A stretch of DNA of 64,000 nucleotides, from contig OZ251223.1 in assembly GCA_965240325.2 (NCBI GenBank), forward strand, positions 1,612,001 to 1,676,000. Reading direction: 5' to 3'. Below are positions 11,614 through 23,336 of this stretch, piece by piece; the stretch's first letter is position 1; every line of letters begins with the position of its first letter. The position numbers and the translations under genes were made by a program. The notes beneath the pieces were generated by a model. It searched no databases. It was given only the letters and a program-made list of their open reading frames with translations, and was not told where the DNA came from. Origin of the DNA: Rebecca billardiae RCC1528 (Eukaryota > Protista > Haptophyta).

Positions 11614-13155
11614 ATGGCGGCCGCGCAGTGGGTCGGGCGATGTGTGCTGCTGGCCCTCTCGGCCGGTGTGCTCGACGCGGCGGTGCCCACGGCTCGAGCG
11701 CTACCCTCGGTGGTACGGACGCGTCGGACCCTCCCCCGCTCCGAGCTGCGCGCAGGCTCGCCGCCACCGCCGCCGCACTCGCAGCTGACGACGTCGACGA
11801 CGCCCTCGGCGGGCGCGCTCCCAGCGCCGACGGCGGCGCCGACGCTCGTGTGCGCAACGCTCGCGCTGATGGCGATCAATGGTGGCGCTGTCTTCGGCTG
11901 GCCCGGCCTACACGCGCTCCTTCTCGAGCGCGGCGTCGCCCTCACGCCTTCGCAGTGGGCTCGGCTCTACACCATCGGCACTGTGACCTTCTCTGCGGCC
12001 GCGCCGCTGGCGGGCGCGCTCGCTGACCGGCGCGGCCCATCGACGACAAGCGCCGTCGCCGGCGTCACATGTGCCGCCGGCCTCACCGGGCTCGCACGTT
12101 GTGATGGCCTCCCCGGCCTCGCCCTGTCCTACGCCCTCCTGTCCTTTGGCTGCCTCGCCAGCCTGATGTCGGCCGTCTGCCTGGGCAACGCGCGCGACAC
12201 GCGCTGGCACCGGCCGGTGCTGCGCGAGGCCGCGCGCGCGCGCGTGATCGCGGCCGTCTCCTGCCTCGTCGACGTCAGCGCGGTGACCTTCGTGGCGCTG
12301 CGCTCGCTGCAGCGCCGCTTTCCTGGCGCCTCGTGGGCCGCGACCGCCCCCCTCCTCGGCGCGCTCGCCGTGGTGACCTGCAGCCTGCAGGCTCTCGTGA
12401 GCGCGCGCTGGGGCGCGCTCGGGCGCAGACCGGCGCGGGCGGACGGCGCGACGAATGCACGCGCGGCGCGCGCGGCGGTCGGCTCCGATGGCTTGGAGCG
12501 CGCAGCCCCGCCCGCGGCGCGCGCGCTGCTGCCTTGCCTCCTCTCCGCCGACTTCGCCGCGATCCTTGCGTTCGCCGCCGTGCACACGCTCGTGTGCGGC
12601 CACGCGCTCGCGCACCTTCCTCAGCACGTGGCTGCCGGCGCGGCCGCGCCCGCCGCCGCCGAGGGCCTCGGCGAGTTGGCCGCGGTGCTCATGACGCTCG
12701 GCTGCGTGCCGTTCATCCCGCTCGTTGGCATCGTCCTCGACCGCGGGCTCGGCTTCTCGCTCTACGTGACGAACGCGCTCGGCCTCGTCCAGGGCGCGCT
12801 CGCGCTCGCGCCGTCCGCGCGCGCGCGGCTGGTGGCGGCGGTGCTCTTCGCGCCGTACCGAGGGCTGGTGTACTCGACCATCAACGTCTTTCACCAGCGC
12901 GTCTTCGGTGCGGGTGTGAGCGGGCGCACGCTCGGGAGCGCGTCGGCGCTGTCGGCGGCGCCGCTGCTGCTGCTGCTGCTGCCGAGGTTTGGCGGCGGCG
13001 CGCAGTACGTGCGCGGCGCGACCGTCTTGCTCGCGGCGGCCGCCTCGCTCGCGGCGGGTGTCGGCGCGTATGTTGCCAGCCACGGGGCCCGCAGTGTCGG
13101 CGCGCGTGATGCTCGCGGCGCGGCGAGGTCAGGCGCCACTGACGCGCGCACTTGA
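11614..13155 (+). CDS. MFS transporter, SLC43/LAT3/FMP42-like
   Basis: About 12 hydrophobic helices. TM1 motif GAVFGWPGL (SLC43-type G.xFGW), MFS motif A GALADRRG and a second-half GIVLDR. Signal-peptide-like N-terminus. Confidence 0.75.
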   Translation: MAAAQWVGRCVLLALSAGVLDAAVPTARALPSVVRTRRTLPRSELRAGSPPPPPHSQLTTSTTPSAGALPAPTAAPTLVCATLALMAINGGAVFGWPGLHALLLERGVALTPSQWARLYTIGTVTFSAAAPLAGALADRRGPSTTSAVAGVTCAAGLTGLARCDGLPGLALSYALLSFGCLASLMSAVCLGNARDTRWHRPVLREAARARVIAAVSCLVDVSAVTFVALRSLQRRFPGASWAATAPLLGALAVVTCSLQALVSARWGALGRRPARADGATNARAARAAVGSDGLERAAPPAARALLPCLLSADFAAILAFAAVHTLVCGHALAHLPQHVAAGAAAPAAAEGLGELAAVLMTLGCVPFIPLVGIVLDRGLGFSLYVTNALGLVQGALALAPSARARLVAAVLFAPYRGLVYSTINVFHQRVFGAGVSGRTLGSASALSAAPLLLLLLPRFGGGAQYVRGATVLLAAAASLAAGVGAYVASHGARSVGARDARGAARSGATDART

Positions 13156-13782
13156 CGCGCGCCCTCCGCCGGCGCCGCCTCGCAGCCGGCTGCCGCCGTC
13201 GATGGGCGCGAGACGCTTCGCAAGCTGAGTGAGCCTCATCAGGGCTCGAGGCTTGCGGGAGAGGCCTGGTCAGCACCACTCCGGGAAAGGGAGTAGGACG
13301 GCTCACGGGTACGGTGGGATTTTTCCCGGACCCATCCCCCCCCACCCTTTCCATCGAAGACGCCAGTCTGGTGTGCGCACGGAATTCTGGTTGTCATTTA
13401 CCGCAGCGTGGAACCAAGATCTATCAAGGTCATAATCGAACTGATCGGAAGTCTCGTGCAATACCCGGCTCCATCAGGGCCATCACAGCGCCGAGATTTC
13501 AACGCTCCACCCGGGTCCATATTTTGCTACGGGTTGACGAGCCGGTCACCACTGATGAAGAATCGGATCTTCGCGTCGATCATTCCGGAAGAACAAGCTG
13601 GTAAAAAGTTGGAGAAGATTGTAGCTACCCCAGCTCGGGTCATGTGCCGAGCTTTTGTTCTCAGGTATTCGGGTAGCCACCGAAGGCCGCTGCATCCTCG
13701 AGCGCTTCACGTCACCTCCAACCCGCCGCCAAGAGGCAACACACAGCACATGCTCAGTGCCCCCCAGAGGGGCTCCGCTCGA

Positions 13783-16398
13783 ATGACTTCAGAGGCCACG
13801 CCTCCATCCGCGGCTGACCCGCCCGATTGGGACTCGGGCCCGCCCGAGCTCGACGACGACGATCCGGCTGCGCCCCCCGACGACGACGCGCCGCATTCGC
13901 AACCGCCGGTTGCGGCGCCAACGCTGTCCGCGGAACACGCGGATGGCGCCCAGCGATGGAAAGTGAACGCGGACGCCCGCGCGACGCTCGAGAGCGTGTT
14001 CCTGCAGGAGCCGCTCCCTTCGAAGGAGACGATTCAGCGTCTCGCGTCAGAGCTGAATGTGACCGCGCGCCGGGTGCAGGTCTGGTTCCAGAACCGCCGC
14101 CAGCGCTGCGCGCGCAAGTGGGTGAACAAGCGCTCGTGGCTTCCTCGCGGCGCGCGCGGGCTCAGCCCGCTGCTGCCGCATCCGGCCGCCGCGGCCGCCG
14201 CGGCGGAGGCTGCCGCGCTGGATTCGGCTGGTGGCGGACACTTCCTGCCGCCGCCCGCCGTCGAGATGGGCGCGCGCGAGCCGGCCGGCTGCGGTTCGGA
14301 CCTGCTCTCGCAGCCCGGCGGCTCGGCCGCGGGCGTTGGCAGCGCGGGCGCGGCAGGACTCGGGCCGTCGATGGCGCAGGCCGGTGGTTCGCAGTGCCAG
14401 ATGCTGCTCGAGGCCTCCGCGCCTCACCGCATCATGTGGGCGAGCACCGGCTGGCTCCAGCTCACCGGCTACATGCTCAACCAGGTGCTCGGCAGCACGC
14501 TCGACGTCTTCGCCGGACCGGGGACGGACACTCGCGCGATCAACGGCCTCATGCAGCAGGCGGTCGAGCGCGGGACCGAGGCGTCCTCCGTCGTCTTCCA
14601 CTACACGCAGGCCGGCCACCCTTTCCAGCACATCCTCAAGTTCGAGCTGCTGCGCGACGGCACGCCGCAGCGGTTCCTCCTCGCGTCGTGCGCGCCGCTC
14701 TACCCGCAGGGGCTGTCGGATGTGGTGCGCTCGCCGCTCACCAACGCCGAGCTGATGCGCGCGAGCGCAGGTGCCGGCAGCGGCTTCGACGCGTCCATCG
14801 TCGGAGGCGGCGCACCCGCGCCAAAGGCGGCGGACGCGCGCCCGTCTGAGGCCAAGCTGATGCCGCCGACCGCGACCGGCCGGCTCTCGCCGCCACCGTT
14901 ACGCATCGGCGGCGGCGGCGGCGGCGGGACGCGCCAGCTGCCGCCCGCAGCAGCGGCGCGGACGGCGGCGGGCGCGCTTGACACGAGCTCCGACGCACGC
15001 AGCGGCGTCACGTCGGGAGGCGGCGGCGGCGGCGGCGGCGCCAGCCGGCTCCTCGGCGATGCGGCGACCGGCGGTCTCGGAGCCTCGGGGTTCGAGTCGC
15101 AGCAGATGCACCAGCTCTTCCAGCAGCAGCAGCAGCAGCAGCGGCGGCAAGGACAACACTCGGAACAAGACAACATGAACTCCAACTTCGCCCGCGCCTT
15201 TGCAGCCCAGGTGAACATCGCGAGCGATGCGCGCCCGCGCGCCCGCCCTGCGTGCGACCACCGCCGCCGTCTGGCGCCCTCCGCCACGCTCTCGCTGACT
15301 CGCGCGCCACCCCTTCCGCCGCGTCGCGCCCGCTCGCGTAGCAGCAAGGCAATGTGATTGCAGCACTGGCTGCGACCGACCAGTTCACCGATCAGCAACG
15401 GGCGCAATTCATGATGGTGCGACGCGGGCCCACCCCACCGCGCCCCTCGCGCTGCGCTCTCCCGACGCGCGCCGTGCCGTGCGCGTGCCATCGGGCGCAC
15501 GGGCGCTGACGCCCCCCTGCCCTCTCCCGCGGCCACCGCCACCGCGCAGGCACTGCGCGAGTCCCAGTTGGCGCAGATCTCGCAGATGCAGCAGCAGCAG
15601 CAGCAGCAGATGCGCTTCTCCCAGCTGCAGATGCTGTACCAGCAGCAGGTGCTGCGCACGCAGGAGGAGCAGCAGCAGATCGAGCAGCGCGAGCAGCGGC
15701 AGCGCGAGCAGCAGGAGCAGCAGGAGCAGCAGGAGCAGTGGCGCGCGCAGTCACAGCGCCAGCACACCGCGGCGGTCGGCGGGGGAGGCTGCACGGACTC
15801 GCGCGCCGCGTCGCAGATGGCGGCGCTGCTGGCCGGAGGGGGCTACGCGCCGTCGGCGCAGTCGCTGGCGGCGTTCTCGCAGATCCAGCAGGCCCTCAAC
15901 CGCACGGCGCCACATGGCGCGGGCTTGGGCGCGGCCGCTGGCAACAGCGGCGACCTGGCTGCTGCCGTGCAGCCTGAGCGCGGCGGAGGCGGCGCAGGCG
16001 CAGGTGCAGCACGCGGCGGCGGCGGCGGCGCGGGCCGCAGCGGCGGCGGCGCGGCGAGCTGCGCGCAGGGCTTGCCACACGCTGGGCTCAGCACAGCCAA
16101 GCAGGCTTGTGGGCGCCTGGCGCATGGCGCGTCGGTGGAGGCCATCGGCAAGCACGCCCTCGGCGCCGCAGCTGCGCATGCACCGAGCAGGGGCGTAGGA
16201 GGCGGAGCAGCACCACCGGCCGTGCCGCAGATGCGCCCCGGCGCCGGCGTGCGCGCAGGCGGTGTTCCACTGACGCCGGGCATGATGAAGCGCGGAAACG
16301 GCTCCGGCGCACCGAACGCGCTGCCCGACCTCGACGATGCCTCCGTGTGGTCCTGGCTGAACTCAGATTTGCCCATCGACGTCGAGCTTGGCGGCTGA
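13783..16398 (+). CDS. Homeodomain + PAS (LOV-like) transcription factor with Gln-rich C-terminus; introns about 15211-15341 and 15417-15549
   Basis: Homeodomain RWKVNADARATLESVF...IQRLASELNVTARRVQVWFQNRRQR and PAS IMWASTGWLQLTGY..QVLG...GPGTD...HYTQAGHPF. Two phase-0 introns with CTGAC branch sites link to the poly-Q exon ending at 16398. The start could be 13750. Confidence 0.85.
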
Positions 16399-16822
16399 CC
16401 GGATCCGATCTGTGACTGTGTTTGACCTGGCTGTGCGATCAGCGCGACTCGGCAGCATTGACTCGACTCAGCGGCGCGGTCGCTGAGGCCGCGGCGCAGA
16501 TCCATCCAGTGACAGTCTGATGTCTAAGACTCTACTATTAATAAACTCAAAACATCGCCATCAGCGCAGCTACTGCGCCATCAACGGTCACGACGACATC
16601 ACGACGCGCTAGGCCGAGACCCGATCGTGCGCGGGTCACGCGGACGCGGTCCGACGGGTCCGAGACTCGAGAGTACGACTTAGAAGAGCATCAGATCAGG
16701 CTCCAGCAGCGGCTGCTAGTAGTCGGGAGCCTTGGGCCTGCGGGCCTCACGGACTCCACCCTGCCGCTTGACCCCCGAGGCCGGGTCGGCCGAAGGTTCC
16801 GCCGGTAGGTAGTCCGCCACTG

Positions 16823-18733
16823 TCACGACGCCGCCGCGCCGGCTCGCAATGTCATCACGCACATGCCGTCCGGCTGCCGCCGAAAGCGCAGCGCGGCCCT
16901 CACGGTCAAGCCGCTGAATCGGCCAGTGCCGGCAGTGGTGTGATGGCTGTCCGTCGCGAGGGGGGGCTGCAACACGTGCTGCTCACCATCGCTCTGCTCC
17001 GAAGCCACTGGAGCCGTCCCAAATTCGTCAGGCTCTGCCCACGAGGCGGCTGCATCCGCATCGCCCGTCTCGGCTGCGAGCCCGACTGCTCGCACGCGTT
17101 CGATGGCCTCGCAGGCTTGCAGCAGCGCGATGCCCAGCAGCTGCATCTGGGCAAGGGCCAGGCGCGATGCAGGGCATCGCTTTGGGCCAGCCGAGAAGGG
17201 TAGCAGCCAGTTCGCGGCGGGAGAGCTTGCGGCTTCCGTGCCAGCGCGTTGGTCGACATGGCTGGCGTCGCCTCGGCCCACCTCTGCCTCGACGCCTGCC
17301 GGAGCTTCGGCGGCCGCGGTCGCGGCCTCGTGCGCACCCGCCTGCAGGTGACGGCCCAACCGCAACGCGGCAGCTGGTGGCGCCCAGTGCGTGGGCACGT
17401 GGTGTAGCAGCCACGGCGAGACCACGACAGCGTCGCCCCGGCGGAACGTGTGCAGCCTTTCTGAGCAGGACCCGGGCACATGCATCAGCGGCCGAGGCGC
17501 AGGCTCGCGCCTCGGGTACCCCCCGAGCAGCACGTGCACGTCGCGCGTTGCCGTGAGCCGCACGTGCGAGATGCCTGGGTGCAGCCGCAGCACCTCGAGC
17601 ACGAGCGCACCCAGGTGGCGGAGCGGCTGGTGGCGCTGGGCCAGGTGCTCGGCGGGCGCGGGTGCGCTCGCGAAGATGGGCGGGCCGGAAAGTACCAGCT
17701 GCTCGAACGAGACACGCCCATCGATCACCCCCGAGCGCACCTCGGCCCGCACGGCGGCGAGCTCGGCCTCTGGGGCCCCGCCGCCACGGGCCAGCGCCGA
17801 CACGAGCGCGAGCAGCTCGGTGCCCGCGTTGAGCGCGGCGAAGAGCAGGCCCGTGGCGTGTGCGACGGCCTGAGCGCGCAACGCCGCCTCGCCCTGCGAC
17901 GCGCCGCCGTCACGCTGCACGAGGAGGAGGGAACACAGCGTCACCGGCGGCTCTGCACCTGGTGGCTGGCCGCGCTGCGACCGGGTGGCGCAGGCGAGTT
18001 GCGAGTCAACAGCCTGGCCGACAATGCGCTCGAGGCGCTGCGCGAGCGTGCGGAACGTGGACCAGCCCTCGTAGCCCAGCCCATCGGTGTCGCTCAGCTG
18101 CGCGTGCTCGAGCAGCTCCTCGAACAGCGCGATCAGGACCTGTCGGTGGCGCTTTGAAAAGTTGTGACCCAGCAGCGTGCGCGAGGCCGCCGACAGCGCA
18201 AACCCCTGAAGCGCGCGGAGCACCGTTGGCTCGGGAACGCAGCCGAGCGGATGTGCCGCCTGGAGGTCGAGCAGCTCGTGCACAAGCTCGTTGCAGCACT
18301 CAGAGAGCGTCGGCAGCGAGGCGCGCAGGTGCGACAGGCCAAACAGCGGCGCGAGCGCCAACCGTGCTGCATCGTGCGGTGCGCCCTCCAGGAGCAGCAA
18401 CGAGCCGTCAAGGAACGGCCAGTAGCGTCGGTACATGGAGAGCTCGCGCACGAAGGCCTTGGACTCGCAGATACGCCTCGCCAGGGGCGCGTCGAGCACG
18501 AGAGCATACTTCGTCGCGCGGCCTGGCGCCACAGAGATCATGCCATCCGCCGCGTGCGCCTCAGCAGCTGCGAGGAGCTGCCTGCGCGTGGGCGCTCCGG
18601 GGAGCCTGAGCGTGACGAGGCTCGTGCGCTGCGGGCGATAGCACCGCAGGGCACGATACAGCGCGTACGACGTGACAGCCGCTGCCGCCGCGACGACAGC
18701 GGCGGGAAGAGCCGACTTTGATGTCCACGACAT
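16823..18733 (-). CDS. Cytochrome P450 (divergent)
   Basis: N-terminal membrane anchor, K-helix EVLR (ExxR) and heme motif PFSAGPKRCPA (FxxGxRxC). Confidence 0.85.
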   Translation of the reverse strand: MSWTSKSALPAAVVAAAAAVTSYALYRALRCYRPQRTSLVTLRLPGAPTRRQLLAAAEAHAADGMISVAPGRATKYALVLDAPLARRICESKAFVRELSMYRRYWPFLDGSLLLLEGAPHDAARLALAPLFGLSHLRASLPTLSECCNELVHELLDLQAAHPLGCVPEPTVLRALQGFALSAASRTLLGHNFSKRHRQVLIALFEELLEHAQLSDTDGLGYEGWSTFRTLAQRLERIVGQAVDSQLACATRSQRGQPPGAEPPVTLCSLLLVQRDGGASQGEAALRAQAVAHATGLLFAALNAGTELLALVSALARGGGAPEAELAAVRAEVRSGVIDGRVSFEQLVLSGPPIFASAPAPAEHLAQRHQPLRHLGALVLEVLRLHPGISHVRLTATRDVHVLLGGYPRREPAPRPLMHVPGSCSERLHTFRRGDAVVVSPWLLHHVPTHWAPPAAALRLGRHLQAGAHEAATAAAEAPAGVEAEVGRGDASHVDQRAGTEAASSPAANWLLPFSAGPKRCPASRLALAQMQLLGIALLQACEAIERVRAVGLAAETGDADAAASWAEPDEFGTAPVASEQSDGEQHVLQPPLATDSHHTTAGTGRFSGLTVRAALRFRRQPDGMCVMTLRAGAAAS

Positions 18734-19038
18734 CAAGACGCAGCACGCTTACTAGTTACCCGTCGGCCATCGTGCGAGGTCGTGCTGCTTTTGACCAAAA
18801 AAGTTTTTTAAAGGCCGCCGGATTGGCCGGAAGCCCGGATGATCCGGGTAGTGTAGGGCGTGTAGCTAGTACAGTAGTCGTCGATATTCCAGCAGATTTC
18901 TCTAATAATAATAGTATTATAAATAAACAATATTATAACAATAATTTACTACTCGTATATACCAGCGGTCCGTGCGGAGAGCGCGCCATGTGACGCAGTG
19001 AGTCACTGATCACTCAGCGCAGCCTGCCTGGCAGCCAC

Positions 19039-20170
19039 TCATACCTGACCCGGCGCCAGCTGCAGCAGCGTGCGCGTCCGCAAGGCCAAGCGGCGCAAGC
19101 GGCGCCTGCGGGCTGAGTACAGTACTAGGCCAAGGCGAGCCGCGCAGAACGCGGTAATGGACGTTCGGCACACCTGCGCGGCGCGGAAGTCGGCGGACGC
19201 GCAGCCGAGCCGCAGCACAGGCACGCAACCCACGGATGAGGGGGGCACGGATGAGAGCCCGACGCGCGCTGCGCGCCGCACGGGCAGAGGCGAGCTGATC
19301 GACGAGCAGCGCGTGAGACGCACGTCCGCACCAGGCGTTCGCGGGGGTGCGGGCGCACCTGGGTGGCTCCGGATGGGGTTGTCGTGAGCTCGCCTGACCA
19401 CACGGATGCTGCCGCCCGCGCAGCCGCCGTTCGGGTTCAGCGTGCGAAGCACGTGAGTTCTCGCCGGAATGCCCCGCGTCTGGGGCCGGCTGCTGCAAGC
19501 TGCAGCATGCCTCGAATTGCGTACACGCGAGCCTGCCCCACCCAAAGAGGTGTGCTGTGCCTCGGCCGCCGGCACAGAGTCGGGTGCCGAGAGGCGCATC
19601 CGCTTGGATGCGCGCCGCGTGCGCCGCGGGCCGGCGCCGTTCTCCTCGGACTGCGCGGGCTCTGTATCCACGGCAGCACTCTGAGCGAGCACAGTCTCAG
19701 CCGGATCGGCCGCTGCGTCCTCGGCCTGCGGCGACTGTGCACGTTGCCTGTGCCCAAGGCCGAGCAGTGCGACCAGCTCTGCGCAGGGCGCTGCGCGCGC
19801 ACACAACGACCGCGCGGAGAGGGACCGGCGGGCGGGGTCCGGGGTGTCAGTGACACAGCCCGATAGCGCGAGACGCGAGCGCGAGACGCGAGACGCGAGA
19901 CGCCGCGGGCGCGCGGTCCGCTCACACACGCTGCCGCGCGTGCAGCGTACGTGGCGTCTTGAGCGAGTTGGCAGCCTTGATGAGCGCGTTGATGTCGAGA
20001 GCTCCCGAGGACGTGCTCGCGCACGGCAGCCCTCGCGCTGCCGGTGTGGTCAATCCAGGCATCGCGGTGACAGCCATGCTCGCCGCCCGTGAGCCCGTTG
20101 GCGTCGCGTTCGGCCCGACCGGAACGTGGGCGTTACTCAGCCCTGCTGTTCCGTGAAGCCCGATGCTCAT
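19039..20170 (-). CDS. Hypothetical protein, one probable intron about 19779-19929
   Basis: ATG at 20170 (MSIGLHG...LDINALIKAANSLK) joins the 19039 frame via a GT..GCGCAG intron containing a CTGAC branch site. No family recognised. Confidence 0.4.
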
Positions 20171-20493
20171 CGCTCTACGAGCCGAGCGGCGACGTAGCAC
20201 ACGATGTGAGCGTGCTGGCGAGCACGCGTTGCGTGGAGGAGACGACGGCGGCTTTCCCGCTTCTCGAGTTCGCCTGCGGCGTTGGAAAGCTTTCAAACGA
20301 CCAGCCGGAGCGGCCTTCTGCTCCCGGACTCTCCAGCGCTCTCGCAAGGTCGACGAAGCTGGCTGGCGCCTGGCGCACACACAAAACTTGCTGCAGCAGA
20401 TAGCTCAGCACGCCTGCCGACGGTGGCCGCCGCCCGCGCACCCAACCAACATCGCCGCCGCTGTGTCGTCACTGCGGCGACGGCGCTGGCGAG

Positions 20494-21408
20494 ATGTCAT
20501 CCGCGCTGCTCGCGGAGATCCAGCGAGGAAAGGCCTTACGTCGCACCGAGACGAGGGGAGCCTCCTCGGCAGCCGCCGGGACGGTGACTGATGACGTTCG
20601 CGCCGCTGAGGCTGGCGCAGTGCCCGATGCTCCGCAGGTGGCGCGTGCACACCCGACATGCGCGCCATCCACGCCGGCGGTGGCGAGGGCAGCACCGGGA
20701 GGCGCGACGATGAGCCCATTTGGCGATATCAGCGGCGTCCGGCTGCGCAAAACCGGGCTGCGCGTGGGCGGCGATGCTGTGTCTTCCTCGACCCCGCAGC
20801 CGGAGCCCACCACTCGCGGGCAGCAGCAGCCGGCTGAGGCGCGCCCGGCTGCGCGAGCGCCGCTTGGCGTGCCGCCCACGCCGCCAGATACGCGCCGTCC
20901 GCTACCGCCGCCGCCGCCACCGCCACCGCCAGACTCCCTGAAGGACTCGCCGGATCATGCCCACGCGCACCCGTCGCGTGGGCGAGCTGCTCCGACCGAG
21001 CTGCCAGCGCAAGGTGCGAGCACACCGGCGGCTTTCTCGGAGCTTGCGCGCGCGGCGGCGTCGCGTGCTGCGTCAAAGGCCAACGTGAACGTGGACGCAT
21101 CCGCGCAGCACGGGCTCAAGCAGCCGTCGGCGGGGAAGCCTCGCGCCGATGCGCCGGGACCCAGATCCGAGCCGCCAGTGTCGACTTGCGCGGCCAAGCC
21201 AAGCGCAGGGCTGCGCCCTCGCCCTCAGACACAGCCGGTACAGGCTTCCTCGCACGTGTCTGGTTACCCGTCGATCGAGCGCGGCCCGAAGCACTCGGCG
21301 GCTAAGGCGCACGCGTCGCCTCGAGCACCCCGACCCGACGAGCCGGCTGCCAAGCCGCAAGAGCAGGCCTGCGCGGCGCATCCAGCCAAGCAGTCACGCG
21401 CTGCGCCA

Positions 21409-21462
<54 letters not shown>

Positions 21463-22605
21463 ACCGCTGCAGTGGCGATGGCGAGCGCAGCAGCGGCCAC
21501 CACGCCACACGCTGGCTCCCCGGAGCACACGGGCGCCCCGGTCAAAGTCCGTGTGCGTGCCTCCGCTGTGCCCAAGCAGCCGCTGCGGGCGAACGCGAGC
21601 GCACATAGCTCCGTGCCGCCGCCGGTCCCGTCGCACGCTGTGCCGCACGCGGCCGAGGAGCGCGCCAGAGCGACGACGGCGCCTGCGCTCGCGGCAGCGG
21701 CTGCGACGGCGGTGAGCGCGGCAGGAGCGAGGAAGAGCCTCAACGGCGCCAGCCCGCCCCCGTCGAGACCTCCGGATGCCGCGAGCTGGCACTTCGACCC
21801 GAGGCTGCCTCCGGTGCCCCCGTTCGAAGGCGGGCCGCGCACCTACCCACCCGGTGTGCCGGCGCACAGCGCGCGGCTGGACGAGCTGCTCGGCGCGGCG
21901 CCCGCCAGGCGCACGAGCGGCGCGCATGGGCAGCCGCGCGGCACAGCCTCTCCCCGCGACCCGCCGATGCCCCAGCAGCCGCCGCCTCCGCCGCCAGCGA
22001 CCGCCGTGCGTGGCCGCCCTGAGGCCGCGCCGTCAGAACCGCGGCCGCAGACGCAGGAGCGGGCCAAGGCTGCACCTGCGCAGCTGCCGCCGCCGCCGCC
22101 CTCGTCAGCTCCGCCGCAGCCGCCTCCCGCCCCGCCGCTGCAGCTGCCTCCGCCCCCACCGCCGCAGCCGCAGCCGCCGCCACCGCCGCAGCCGCCTCCC
22201 GTCGTCACCTCAATGCGTGCTGCGCCGGCGGCCCAACGGAAGGCGCCTGCCACCGCGACAGCTTTGCCGCCACCACCGCCCGCGGCGGCGCTGCACAACG
22301 TGCCGCCGCCGCCGCCTCCCGCTGTGGCCATGCAGCACGCAACGCCGCCGCCAGCTCCCGGCGCTGGCCCGCCGAGCAGCGGCGCCCAAGCGCCCAAGCG
22401 CCCGGCTGAGGTGATGCGAGTGCGCACGGCCTCGGATGTGCTCGCTCCGCCCCCAGCAGCCGTGCTGCTGAGTGTTATGACTCCGCCTGGAGTGCACGCC
22501 GCAGGTGTGGGCACAGCGGCACGCAGAGCGTCCGCGGATGCCGTGCAGCCTCCGGCTCCGCCACCGCCACCGCCACCACCAATGCCCCATGGCGGAAGGC
22601 GTTAG
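20494..22605 (+). CDS. WH2-domain proline-rich actin regulator, WIP/verprolin-like
   Basis: WH2 motif SALLAEIQRGKALRRTET at the N-terminus, a second WH2-like FGDISGVRLRKTG, multiple poly-Pro tracts, and WHFDPRLPPVPPF..PRTYPPG resembling the WIP WASP-binding segment. Confidence 0.8.
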
Positions 22606-23336
22606 CCCCTAGCCCCCTGCGCCCATGCACTGGGACTACCACCGTCACACCAGACACCACTCACCAGTCTCACTGGCTCAGACCGACAGACCTGCTGCGT
22701 CCAGGAGAGAGTACTCACTCACTACTCCGCCACTGACCACTGTGCGGGCGAGTCCACTCTCCAGCGGACACGGGACCTCACGGGGCCGGGCGCGGCCGTC
22801 CGCCGTGACTCGTGAGTGGCGGGCGTGACGGCGGGACCGCCCGAACATCGTCACATCGATCATGATTCTGATTCATCATTCTGCTGACTTTCAGGCTGAA
22901 GTCATGACTCGGTCGTCGTCTTACACAGTCGATTACACGATTCTCACTTAAACTCGTCCGCGAGACTCTTACAGCGGTGGCGAGGACCGAGACGTACGAC
23001 TGCGCGGCATTATATTATTCTGCCGTCGTATTATTCGGTTTGTCCAGCCGCCACTCAGATGTAAGTTGACTGAAGTAGTCGAATCGAGTAGTCGAATGCC
23101 ATGCGCGCCGGTCCACGAGACGATCGATCGAGTGCAGCGATGGAGCTAGTCCTGGAGCACGCCGCCCGGCGGCCTCCAGCTGCTGCGCGCTCGATCTGCC
23201 CGCCGCTCGCGAGCACGATGCCGGTGCGCGCTCAGCGCGCCCGGTCTGATCACGCGCCATGGCCTCACGGTTGCCGGTTGGGTCCTCGCGCCTAAGGCCT
23301 AAGGGCCGTTTGTCGGGGAGGGCGCATTCGGCCCCG

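Noticed and set aside
13408-13782. N-terminal extensions of track ORFs (13408, 2050, 45953, 53612, 46040)
   Set aside because: They start at GTG/TTG in intergenic DNA or overlap neighbouring genes. Downstream ATGs fit the domain boundaries better.
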